From contig OZ024743.1 in NCBI GenBank assembly GCA_964016885.1, forward strand, positions 211,854,001-211,918,000: 64,000 nucleotides of DNA, given 5' to 3'. Below the pieces are notes generated by a model, which saw nothing but the letters and a program-made list of their open reading frames with translations, made no database searches and had not been told where the DNA came from. The DNA is from Eledone cirrhosa (taxonomy: Eukaryota). Made by a program: the position numbers and the translations under genes. This document shows, piece after piece, positions 11,163 to 24,600 of this stretch (the first letter of the stretch is position 1; each line of letters begins with the position of its first letter).

Positions 11163-14100
11163 AGGTAACTCCGCCGGCAAATCGTCATTTTTGGATTCGT
11201 TTTCTTCGAAGCACACCATTCGCCGGCGGACTTTGTTGACGTTTAACACGGTTTGGTTCCACAGCCACAACTATTGATTTTACGGAGATATCTTGCTGAA
11301 ATTCACGCCACACATAGCCAATGAGTGTCTGCACATGTACCAGTAAGTACAGATGGATCCCACCACGGGCGGCCGGCCCACAATCGAAAAGGTTACTCCG
11401 CCTGCAAATCGTCATTTTCGGATTCGTTTTCTTCGAAGCACACCATTCGCCGGCGGACTTCAGCTGCCTCATTTAGCATGGGCAGTTTTTCTTGAAGATC
11501 ACACCACACACAGCCAATGAGTGTCTGCACATGTACCAGTAATTACAGATGGATCCCACCACGGGCGGCCGGCCCACAATCGAAAAGGTTACTCCGCCTG
11601 CAAATCGTCATTTTCGGATTCGTTTTCTTCGAAGCACACCATTCGCCGGCGGACTTCAGCTGCCTCATTTAGCATGGGCAGTTTTTCTTGAAGATCACAC
11701 CACACACAGCCAATGAGTGTCTGCACATGTACCAGTAATTAGAGATCGATCCGACCACGGGCGGCCGGCCCACGATCGAGAAAAAGGTAACTCCGCCGGC
11801 AAATCGTCATTTTTGTGATCCGTTTTCTTCGAAGCACACCATTCGCCGCCGGACTTCAGCTGCCTCATTTAGCATGGGCAGTTTTTTTTGAAAATCACAC
11901 CACACACAACCAATGTGTGTCTGCGCATGTACCAGTAATTACAGATCGATCCGACCACAGCAGCCGGCCCGCGATTGAAAAGGTAACTCCGCCGGCAAAT
12001 CGTCATTTTTGTGATTCGTTTTCTTCGAAGCACACCATTCGCCGCCGGACTTCAGCTGCCTCATTTAGCATGGGCAGTTTTTTTTGAAAATCACACCACA
12101 CACAACCAATGTGTGTCTGCACATGTACCAGTAATTACAGATCGATCCCACCACGGGCGGCCGGCCCGCGATTGAAAAGGTAACTCCGCCGGCAAATCGT
12201 CATTTTTGGATTCGTTTTCTTGGAAGCACACCATTCGCCGGCGGACTTTGTTGACGTTTAACACGGTTTGGTTCCACAGCCACAACTATTGATTTTAAGG
12301 AGATATCTTGCTGAAATTCACGCCACACATAGCCAATGAGTGTCTGCACATGTACCAGTAATTACAGATCGATCCCACCACGGGCGGCCGGCCCACAATC
12401 GAAAAGGTTACTCCGCCTGCAAATCGTCATTTTCGGATTCGTTTTCTTCGAAGCACACCATTCGCCGGCGGACTTCAGCTGCCTCATTTAGCATGAGCAG
12501 TTTTTCTTGAAGATCACACCACACACAGCCAATGAGTGTCTGCACATGTACCAGTAATTACAGATGGATCCCACCACGGGCGGCCGGCCCACAATCGAAA
12601 AGGTTACTCCGCCTGCAAATCGTCATTTTCGGATTCGTTTTCTTCGAAGCACACCATTCGCCGGCGGACTTCAGCTGCCTCATTTAGCATGAGCAGTTTT
12701 TCTTGAAGATCACACCACACACAGCCAATGAGTGTCTGCACATGTACCAGTAATTACAGATGGATCCCACCACGGGCGGCCGGCCCACAATCGAAAAGGT
12801 TACTCCGCCTGCAAATCGTCATTTTCGGATTCGTTTTCTTCGAAGCACACCATTCGCCGGCGGACTTCAGCTGCCTCATTTAGCATGAGCAGTTTTTCTT
12901 GAAGATCACACCACACACAGCCAATGAGTGTCTGCACATGTACCAGTAATTACAGATGGATCCCACCACGGGCGGCCGGCCCACAATCGAAAAGGTTACT
13001 CCGCCTGCAAATCGTCATTTTCGGATTCGTTTTCTTCGAAGCACACCATTCGCCGGCGGACTTCAGCTGCCTCATTTAGCATGAGCAGTTTTTCTTGAAG
13101 ATCACACCACACACAGCCAATGAGTGTCTGCACATGTACCAGTAATTACAGATGGATCCCACCACGGGCGGCCGGCCCACAATCGAAAAGGTTACTCCGC
13201 CTGCAAATCGTCATTTTCGGATTCGTTTTCTTCGAAGCACACCATTCGCCGGCGGACTTCAGCTGCCTCATTTAGCATGGGCAGTTTTTCTTGAAGATCA
13301 CACCACACACAGCCAATGAGTGTCTGCACATGTACCAGTAATTAGAGATCGATCCGACCACGGGCGGCCGGCCCACGATCGAGAAAAAGGTAACTCCGCC
13401 GGCAAATCGTCATTTTTGTGATCCGTTTTCTTCGAAGCACACCATTCGCCGCCGGACTTCAGCTGCCTCATTTAGCATGGGCAGTTTTTCTTGAAGATCA
13501 CACCACACACAGCCAATGAGTGTCTGCACATGTACCAGTAATTACAGATGGATCCCTCCACGGGCGGCCGGCCCACAATCGAAAAGGTTACTCCGCCTGC
13601 AAATCGTCATTTTCGGATTCGTTTTCTTCGAAGCACACCATTCGCCGGCGGACTTCAGCTGCCTCATTTAGCATGAGCAGTTTTTCTTGAAGATCACACC
13701 ACACACAGCCAATGAGTGTCTGCACATGTACCAGTAATTACAGATGGATCCCACCACGGGCGGCCGGCCCACAATCGAAAAGGTTACTCCGCCTGCAAAT
13801 CGTCATTTTCGGATTCGTTTTCTTCGAAGCACACCATTCGCCGGCGGACTTCAGCTGCCTCATTTAGCATGGGCAGTTTTTCTTGAAGATCACACCACAC
13901 ACAGCCAATGAGTGTCTGCACATGTACCAGTAATTACAGATGGATCCCACCACGGGCGGCCGGCCCACAATCGAAAAGGTTACTCCGCCTGCAAATCGTC
14001 ATTTTCGGATTCGTTTTCTTCGAAGCACACCATTCGCCGGCGGACTTCAGCTGCCTCATTTAGCATGGGCAGTTTTTCTTGAAGATCACACCACACACAG

Positions 14101-17100
14101 CCAATGAGTGTCTGCACATGTACCAGTAATTAGAGATCGATCCGACCACGGGCGGCCGGCCCACGATCGAGAAAAAGGTAACTCCGCCGGCAAATCGTCA
14201 TTTTTGTGATCCGTTTTCTTCGAAGCACACCATTCGCCGCCGGACTTCAGCTTCCTCATTTAGCATGGGCAGTTTTTTTTGAAAATCACACCACACACAA
14301 CCAATGTGTGTCTGCACATGTACCAGTAATTACAGATCGATCCGACCACGGGCGGCCGGCCCGCGATTGAAAAGGTAACTCCGCCGGCAAATCGTCATTT
14401 TTGTGATTCGTTTTCTTCGAAGCACACCATTCGCCGCCGGACTTCAGCTGCCTCATTTAGCATGGGCAGTTTTTTTTGAAAATCACACCACACACAACCA
14501 ATGTGTGTCTGCACATGTACCAGTAATTACAGATCGATCCCACCACGAGTTCAATGTAAACAAACTTACGCTCAACGACTTTGTTGACGTTTAACACGGT
14601 TTGGTTCCACAGCCACAACTATTGATTTTAAGGAGATATCTTGCTGAAATTCACGCCACACATAGCCAATGAGTGTCTGCACATGTACCAGTAATTACAG
14701 ATCGATCCGACCAGGGGCGGCCGGCCCACAATCGAAAAGGTTACTCCGCCTGCAAATCGTCATTTTCGGATTCGTTTTCTTCGAAGCACACCATTCGCCG
14801 CCGGACTTCAGCTGCCTCATTTAGCATGGGCAGTTTTTTTTGAAAATCACACCACACACAACCAATGTGTGTCTGCACATGTACCAGTAATTACAGATCG
14901 ATCCCCCCACGGGCGGCCGGCCCACAATCGAAAAGGTTACTCCGCCTGCAAATCGTCATTTTCGGATTCGTTTTCTTCGAAGCACACCATTCGCCGGCGG
15001 ACTTCAGCTGCCTCATTTAGCATGGGCAGTTTTTCTTGAAGATCACACCACACACAGCCAATGAGTGTCTGCACATGTACCAGTAATTAGAGATCGATCC
15101 GACCACGGGCGGCCGGCCCACGATCGAGAAAAAGGTAACTCCGCCGGCAAATCGTCATTTTTGTGATCCGTTTTCTTCGAAGCACACCATTCGCCGCCGG
15201 ACTTCAGCTGCCTCAGTTAGCATGGGCAGTTTTTTTTGAAAATCACACCACACACAACCAATGTGTGTCTGCACATGTACCAGTAATTACAGATCGATCT
15301 GACCACGGGCGGCCGGCCCGCGATTGAAAAGGTAACTCCGCCGGCAAATCGTCATTTTTGTGATTCGTTTTCTTCGAAGCACACCATTCGCCGCCGGACT
15401 TCAGCTGCCTCATTTAGCATGGGCAGTTTTTTTGGAAAATCACACCACACACAACCAATGTGTGTCTGCACATGTACCAGTAATTACAGATCGATCCCAC
15501 CACGAGTTCAATGTAAACAAACTTACGCTCAACGACTTTGTTGACGTTTAACATGGTTTGGTTCCACAGCCACAACTATTGATTTTACGGAGATATATTG
15601 CTGAAATTCACGCCACACATAGCCAATGAGTGTCTGCACATGTACCAGTAATTACAGATCGATCCGACCAGGGGCGGCCGGCCCGCGATTGAAAAGGTAA
15701 CTCCGCCGGCAAATCGTCATTTTTGTGATTCGTTTTCTTCGAAGCACACCATTCGCCGGCGGACTTTGTTGACGTTTAACACGGTTTGGTTCCACAGCCA
15801 CAACTATTGATTTTAAGGAGATATCTTGCTGAAATTCACGCCACACATAGCCAATGAGTGTCTGCACATGTACCAGTAATTACAGATCGATCCGACCACG
15901 GACGGCCGGCCCGCGATTGAAAAGGTAACTCCGCCGGCAAATCGTCATTTTTGGATTCGTTTTCTTCGAAGCACACCATTCGCCGGCGGACTTTGTTGAC
16001 GTTTAACACGGTTTGGTTCCACAGCCACAACTATTGATTTTACGGAGATATCTTGCTGAAATTCACGCCACACATAGCCAATGAGTGTCTGCACATGTAC
16101 CAGTAAGTACAGATGGATCCCACCACGGGCGGCCGGCCCACAATCGAAAAGGTTACTCCGCCTGCAAATCGTCATTTTCGGATTCGTTTTCTTCGAAGCA
16201 CACCATTCGCCGGCGGACTTCAGCTGCCTCATTTAGCATGGGCAGTTTTTCTTGAAGATCACACCACACACAGCCAATGAGTGTCTGCACATGTACCAGT
16301 AATTACAGATGGATCCCACCACGGGCGGCCGGCCCACAATCGAAAAGGTTACTCCGCCTGCAAATCGTCATTTTCGGATTCGTTTTCTTCGAAGCACACC
16401 ATTCGCCGGCGGACTTCAGCTGCCTCATTTAGCATGGGCAGTTTTTCTTGAAGATCACACCACACACAGCCAATGAGTGTCTGCACATGTACCAGTAATT
16501 AGAGATCGATCCGACCACGGGCGGCCGGCCCACGATCGAGAAAAAGGTAACTCCGCCGGCAAATCGTCATTTTTGTGATCCGTTTTCTTCGAAGCACACC
16601 ATTCGCCGCCGGACTTCAGCTGCCTCATTTAGCATGGGCAGTTTTTTTTGAAAATCACACCACACACAACCAATGTGTGTCTGCGCATGTACCAGTAATT
16701 ACAGATCGATCCGACCACAGCAGCCGGCCCGCGATTGAAAAGGTAACTCCGCCGGCAAATCGTCATTTTTGTGATTCGTTTTCTTCGAAGCACACCATTC
16801 GCCGCCGGACTTCAGCTGCCTCATTTAGCATGGGCAGTTTTTTTTGAAAATCACACCACACACAACCAATGTGTGTCTGCACATGTACCAGTAATTACAG
16901 ATCGATCCCACCACGGGCGGCCGGCCCGCGATTGAAAAGGTAACTCCGCCGGCAAATCGTCATTTTTGGATTCGTTTTCTTGGAAGCACACCATTCGCCG
17001 GCGGACTTTGTTGACGTTTAACACGGTTTGGTTCCACAGCCACAACTATTGATTTTAAGGAGATATCTTGCTGAAATTCACGCCACACATAGCCAATGAG

Positions 17101-19307
17101 TGTCTGCACATGTACCAGTAATTACAGATCGATCCCACCACGGGCGGCCGGCCCACAATCGAAAAGGTTACTCCGCCTGCAAATCGTCATTTTCGGATTC
17201 GTTTTCTTCGAAGCACACCATTCGCCGGCGGACTTCAGCTGCCTCATTTAGCATGAGCAGTTTTTCTTGAAGATCACACCACACACAGCCAATGAGTGTC
17301 TGCACATGTACCAGTAATTACAGATGGATCCCACCACGGGCGGCCGGCCCACAATCGAAAAGGTTACTCCGCCTGCAAATCGTCATTTTCGGATTCGTTT
17401 TCTTCGAAGCACACCATTCGCCGGCGGACTTCAGCTGCCTCATTTAGCATGAGCAGTTTTTCTTGAAGATCACACCACACACAGCCAATGAGTGTCTGCA
17501 CATGTACCAGTAATTACAGATGGATCCCACCACGGGCGGCCGGCCCACAATCGAAAAGGTTACTCCGCCTGCAAATCGTCATTTTCGGATTCGTTTTCTT
17601 CGAAGCACACCATTCGCCGGCGGACTTCAGCTGCCTCATTTAGCATGAGCAGTTTTTCTTGAAGATCACACCACACACAGCCAATGAGTGTCTGCACATG
17701 TACCAGTAATTACAGATGGATCCCACCACGGGCGGCCGGCCCACAATCGAAAAGGTTACTCCGCCTGCAAATCGTCATTTTCGGATTCGTTTTCTTCGAA
17801 GCACACCATTCGCCGGCGGACTTCAGCTGCCTCATTTAGCATGAGCAGTTTTTCTTGAAGATCACACCACACACAGCCAATGAGTGTCTGCACATGTACC
17901 AGTAATTACAGATGGATCCCACCACGGGCGGCCGGCCCACAATCGAAAAGGTTACTCCGCCTGCAAATCGTCATTTTCGGATTCGTTTTCTTCGAAGCAC
18001 ACCATTCGCCGGCGGACTTCAGCTGCCTCATTTAGCATGGGCAGTTTTTCTTGAAGATCACACCACACACAGCCAATGAGTGTCTGCACATGTACCAGTA
18101 ATTAGAGATCGATCCGACCACGGGCGGCCGGCCCACGATCGAGAAAAAGGTAACTCCGCCGGCAAATCGTCATTTTTGTGATCCGTTTTCTTCGAAGCAC
18201 ACCATTCGCCGCCGGACTTCAGCTGCCTCATTTAGCATGGGCAGTTTTTCTTGAAGATCACACCACACACAGCCAATGAGTGTCTGCACATGTACCAGTA
18301 ATTACAGATGGATCCCTCCACGGGCGGCCGGCCCACAATCGAAAAGGTTACTCCGCCTGCAAATCGTCATTTTCGGATTCGTTTTCTTCGAAGCACACCA
18401 TTCGCCGGCGGACTTCAGCTGCCTCATTTAGCATGAGCAGTTTTTCTTGAAGATCACACCACACACAGCCAATGAGTGTCTGCACATGTACCAGTAATTA
18501 CAGATGGATCCCACCACGGGCGGCCGGCCCACAATCGAAAAGGTTACTCCGCCTGCAAATCGTCATTTTCGGATTCGTTTTCTTCGAAGCACACCATTCG
18601 CCGGCGGACTTCAGCTGCCTCATTTAGCATGGGCAGTTTTTCTTGAAGATCACACCACACACAGCCAATGAGTGTCTGCACATGTACCAGTAATTACAGA
18701 TGGATCCCACCACGGGCGGCCGGCCCACAATCGAAAAGGTTACTCCGCCTGCAAATCGTCATTTTCGGATTCGTTTTCTTCGAAGCACACCATTCGCCGG
18801 CGGACTTCAGCTGCCTCATTTAGCATGGGCAGTTTTTCTTGAAGATCACACCACACACAGCCAATGAGTGTCTGCACATGTACCAGTAATTAGAGATCGA
18901 TCCGACCACGGGCGGCCGGCCCACGATCGAGAAAAAGGTAACTCCGCCGGCAAATCGTCATTTTTGTGATCCGTTTTCTTCGAAGCACACCATTCGCCGC
19001 CGGACTTCAGCTGCCTCATTTAGCATGGGCAGTTTTTTTTGAAAATCACACCACACACAACCAATGTGTGTCTGCACATGTACCAGTAATTACAGATCGA
19101 TCCGACCACGGGCGGCCGGCCCGCGATTGAAAAGGTAACTCCGCCGGCAAATCGTCATTTTTGTGATTCGTTTTCTTCGAAGCACACCATTCGCCGCCGG
19201 ACTTCAGCTGCCTCATTTAGCATGGGCAGTTTTTTTTGAAAATCACACCACACACAACCAATGTGTGTCTGCACATGTACCAGTAATTACAGATCGATCC
19301 CACCACG
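11163..19307 (+). repeat. Block duplication with 4760-bp offset (11163-14547 repeated at 15923-19307)
   Basis: ORF artefacts at 11185/15945, 11815/16575 and 12091/16851. Shared rare variants GTAAGTAC, TGCGCATG, CACAGCAGCC and GATCCCTCC (13557/18317). Confidence 0.88.
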
Positions 19308-21699
19308 GGCGGCCGGCCCGCGATTGAAAAGGTAACTCCGCCGGCAAATCGTCATTTTTGGATTCGTTTTCTTGGAAGCACACCATTCGCCGGCGGACTT
19401 TGTTGACGTTTAACACGGTTTGGTTCCACAGCCACAACTATTGATTTTAAGGAGATATCTTGCTGAAATTCACGCCACACATAGCCAATGAGTGTCTGCA
19501 CATGTACCAGTAATTACAGATCGATCCCACCACGGGCGGCCGGCCCACAATCGAAAAGGTTACTCCGCCTGCAAATCGTCATTTTCGGATTCGTTTTCTT
19601 CGAAGCACACCATTCGCCGGCGGACTTCAGCTGCCTCATTTAGCATGAGCAGTTTTTCTTGAAGATCACACCACACACAGCCAATGAGTGTCTGCACATG
19701 TACCAGTAATTACAGATGGATCCCACCACGGGCGGCCGGCCCACAATCGAAAAGGTTACTCCGCCTGCAAATCGTCATTTTCGGATTCGTTTTCTTCGAA
19801 GCACACCATTCGCCGGCGGACTTCAGCTGCCTCATTTAGCATGAGCAGTTTTTCTTGAAGATCACACCACACACAGCCAATGAGTGTCTGCACATGTACC
19901 AGTAATTACAGATGGATCCCACCACGGGCGGCCGGCCCACAATCGAAAAGGTTACTCCGCCTGCAAATCGTCATTTTCGGATTCGTTTTCTTCGAAGCAC
20001 ACCATTCGCCGGCGGACTTCAGCTGCCTCATTTAGCATGAGCAGTTTTTCTTGAAGATCACACCACACACAGCCAATGAGTGTCTGCACATGTACCAGTA
20101 ATTACAGATGGATCCCACCACGGGCGGCCGGCCCACAATCGAAAAGGTTACTCCGCCTGCAAATCGTCATTTTCGGATTCGTTTTCTTCGAAGCACACCA
20201 TTCGCCGGCGGACTTCAGCTGCCTCATTTAGCATGAGCAGTTTTTCTTGAAGATCACACCACACACAGCCAATGAGTGTCTGCACATGTACCAGTAATTA
20301 CAGATGGATCCCACCACGGGCGGCCGGCCCACAATCGAAAAGGTTACTCCGCCTGCAAATCGTCATTTTCGGATTCGTTTTCTTCGAAGCACACCATTCG
20401 CCGGCGGACTTCAGCTGCCTCATTTAGCATGGGCAGTTTTTCTTGAAGATCACACCACACACAGCCAATGAGTGTCTGCACATGTACCAGTAATTAGAGA
20501 TCGATCCGACCACGGGCGGCCGGCCCACGATCGAGAAAAAGGTAACTCCGCCGGCAAATCGTCATTTTTGTGATCCGTTTTCTTCGAAGCACACCATTCG
20601 CCGCCGGACTTCAGCTGCCTCATTTAGCATGGGCAGTTTTTCTTGAAGATCACACCACACACAGCCAATGAGTGTCTGCACATGTACCAGTAATTACAGA
20701 TGGATCCCTCCACGGGCGGCCGGCCCACAATCGAAAAGGTTACTCCGCCTGCAAATCGTCATTTTCGGATTCGTTTTCTTCGAAGCACACCATTCGCCGG
20801 CGGACTTCAGCTGCCTCATTTAGCATGAGCAGTTTTTCTTGAAGATCACACCACACACAGCCAATGAGTGTCTGCACATGTACCAGTAATTACAGATGGA
20901 TCCCACCACGGGCGGCCGGCCCACAATCGAAAAGGTTACTCCGCCTGCAAATCGTCATTTTCGGATTCGTTTTCTTCGAAGCACACCATTCGCCGGCGGA
21001 CTTCAGCTGCCTCATTTAGCATGGGCAGTTTTTCTTGAAGATCACACCACACACAGCCAATGAGTGTCTGCACATGTACCAGTAATTACAGATGGATCCC
21101 ACCACGGGCGGCCGGCCCACAATCGAAAAGGTTACTCCGCCTGCAAATCGTCATTTTCGGATTCGTTTTCTTCGAAGCACACCATTCGCCGGCGGACTTC
21201 AGCTGCCTCATTTAGCATGGGCAGTTTTTCTTGAAGATCACACCACACACAGCCAATGAGTGTCTGCACATGTACCAGTAATTAGAGATCGATCCGACCA
21301 CGGGCGGCCGGCCCACGATCGAGAAAAAGGTAACTCCGCCGGCAAATCGTCATTTTTGTGATCCGTTTTCTTCGAAGCACACCATTCGCCGCCGGACTTC
21401 AGCTGCCTCATTTAGCATGGGCAGTTTTTTTTGAAAATCACACCACACACAACCAATGTGTGTCTGCACATGTACCAGTAATTACAGATCGATCCGACCA
21501 CGGGCGGCCGGCCCGCGATTGAAAAGGTAACTCCGCCGGCAAATCGTCATTTTTGTGATTCGTTTTCTTCGAAGCACACCATTCGCCGCCGGACTTCAGC
21601 TGCCTCATTTAGCATGGGCAGTTTTTTTTGAAAATCACACCACACACAACCAATGTGTGTCTGCACATGTACCAGTAATTACAGATCGATCCCACCACG
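16723..21699 (+). repeat. 2392-bp 12-monomer tandem duplication
   Basis: ORF artefacts at 16851/19243 and marker GATCCCTCC at 18317/20709. Monomer sum 227+5x196+200+3x196+200+197=2392. Confidence 0.9.
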
Positions 21700-24600
21700 A
21701 GTTCAATGTAAACAAACTTACGCTCAACGACTTTGTTGACGTTTAACACGGTTTGGTTCCACAGCCACAACTATTGATTTTAAGGAGATATCTTGCTGAA
21801 ATTCACGCCACACATAGCCAATGAGTGTCTGCACATGTACCAGTAATTACAGATCGATCCGACCAGGGGCGGCCGGCCCACAATCGAAAAGGTTACTCCG
21901 CCTGCAAATCGTCATTTTCGGATTCGTTTTCTTCGAAGCACACCATTCGCCGCCGGACTTCAGCTGCCTCATTTAGCATGGGCAGTTTTTTTTGAAAATC
22001 ACACCACACACAACCAATGTGTGTCTGCACATGTACCAGTAATTACAGATCGATCCCCCCACGGGCGGCCGGCCCACAATCGAAAAGGTTACTCCGCCTG
22101 CAAATCGTCATTTTCGGATTCGTTTTCTTCGAAGCACACCATTCGCCGGCGGACTTCAGCTGCCTCATTTAGCATGGGCAGTTTTTCTTGAAGATCACAC
22201 CACACACAGCCAATGAGTGTCTGCACATGTACCAGTAATTAGAGATCGATCCGACCACGGGCGGCCGGCCCACGATCGAGAAAAAGGTAACTCCGCCGGC
22301 AAATCGTCATTTTTGTGATCCGTTTTCTTCGAAGCACACCATTCGCCGCCGGACTTCAGCTGCCTCAGTTAGCATGGGCAGTTTTTTTTGAAAATCACAC
22401 CACACACAACCAATGTGTGTCTGCACATGTACCAGTAATTACAGATCGATCTGACCACGGGCGGCCGGCCCGCGATTGAAAAGGTAACTCCGCCGGCAAA
22501 TCGTCATTTTTGTGATTCGTTTTCTTCGAAGCACACCATTCGCCGCCGGACTTCAGCTGCCTCATTTAGCATGGGCAGTTTTTTTGGAAAATCACACCAC
22601 ACACAACCAATGTGTGTCTGCACATGTACCAGTAATTACAGATCGATCCCACCACGAGTTCAATGTAAACAAACTTACGCTCAACGACTTTGTTGACGTT
22701 TAACATGGTTTGGTTCCACAGCCACAACTATTGATTTTACGGAGATATATTGCTGAAATTCACGCCACACATAGCCAATGAGTGTCTGCACATGTACCAG
22801 TAATTACAGATCGATCCGACCAGGGGCGGCCGGCCCGCGATTGAAAAGGTAACTCCGCCGGCAAATCGTCATTTTTGTGATTCGTTTTCTTCGAAGCACA
22901 CCATTCGCCGGCGGACTTTGTTGACGTTTAACACGGTTTGGTTCCACAGCCACAACTATTGATTTTAAGGAGATATCTTGCTGAAATTCACGCCACACAT
23001 AGCCAATGAGTGTCTGCACATGTACCAGTAATTACAGATCGATCCGACCACGGACGGCCGGCCCGCGATTGAAAAGGTAACTCCGCCGGCAAATCGTCAT
23101 TTTTGGATTCGTTTTCTTCGAAGCACACCATTCGCCGGCGGACTTTGTTGACGTTTAACACGGTTTGGTTCCACAGCCACAACTATTGATTTTAAGGAGA
23201 TATCTTGCTGAGATTCACGCCACACATAGCCAATGAGTGTCTGCACATGTACCAGTAATTACAGATGGATCCCACCACGGGCGGCCGGCCCACAATCGAA
23301 AAGGTTACTCCGCCTGCAAATCGTCATTTTCGGATTCGTTTTCTTCGAAGCACACCATTCGCCGGCGGACTTCAGCTGCCTCATTTAGCATGGGCAGTTT
23401 TTCTTGAAGATCACACCACACACAGCCAATGAGTGTCTGCACATGTACCAGTAATTACAGATGGATCCCACCACGGGCGGCCGGCCCACAATCGGAAAGG
23501 TTACTCCGCCTGCAAATCGTCATTTTCGGATTCGTTTTCTTCGAAGCACACCATTCGCCGGCGGACTTCAGCTGCCTCATTTAGCATGGGCAGTTTTTCT
23601 TGAAGATCACACCACACACAGCCAATGAGTGTCTGCACATGTACCAGTAATTAGAGATCGATCCGACCACGGGCGGCCGGCCCACGATCGAGAAAAAGGT
23701 AACTCCGCCGGCAAATCGTCATTTTTGTGATCCGTTTTCTTCGAAGCACACCATTCGCCGGCGGACTTCAGCTGCCTCATTTAGCATGAGCAGTTTTTCT
23801 TGAAGATCACACCACACACAGCCAATGAGTGTCTGCACATGTACCAGTAATTACAGATGGATCCCACCACGGGCGGCCGGCCCACAATCGAAAAGGTTAC
23901 TCCGCCTGCAAATCGTCATTTTCGGATTCGTTTTCTTCGAAGCACACCATTCGCCGGCGGACTTCAGCTGCCTCATTTAGCATGAGCAGTTTTTCTTGAA
24001 GATCACACCACACACAGCCAATGAGTGTCTGCACATGTACCAGTAATTACAGATGGATCCCACCACGGGCGGCCGGCCCACAATCGAAAAGGTTACTCCG
24101 CCTGCAAATCGTCATTTTCGGATTCGTTTTCTTCGAAGCACACCATTCGCCGGCGGACTTCAGCTGCCTCATTTAGCATGAGCAGTTTTTCTTGAAGATC
24201 ACACCACACACAGCCAATGAGTGTCTGCACATGTACCAGTAATTACAGATGGATCCCACCACGGGCGGCCGGCCCACAATCGAAAAGGTTACTCCGCCTG
24301 CAAATCGTCATTTTCGGATTCGTTTTCTTCGAAGCACACCATTCGCCGGCGGACTTCAGCTGCCTCATTTAGCATGGGCAGTTTTTCTTGAAGATCACAC
24401 CACACACAGCCAATGAGTGTCTGCACATGTACCAGTAATTAGAGATCGATCCGACCACGGGCGGCCGGCCCACGATCGAGAAAAAGGTAACTCCGCCGGC
24501 AAATCGTCATTTTTGTGATCCGTTTTCTTCGAAGCACACCATTCGCCGCCGGACTTCAGCTGCCTCATTTAGCATGGGCAGTTTTTCTTGAAGATCACAC

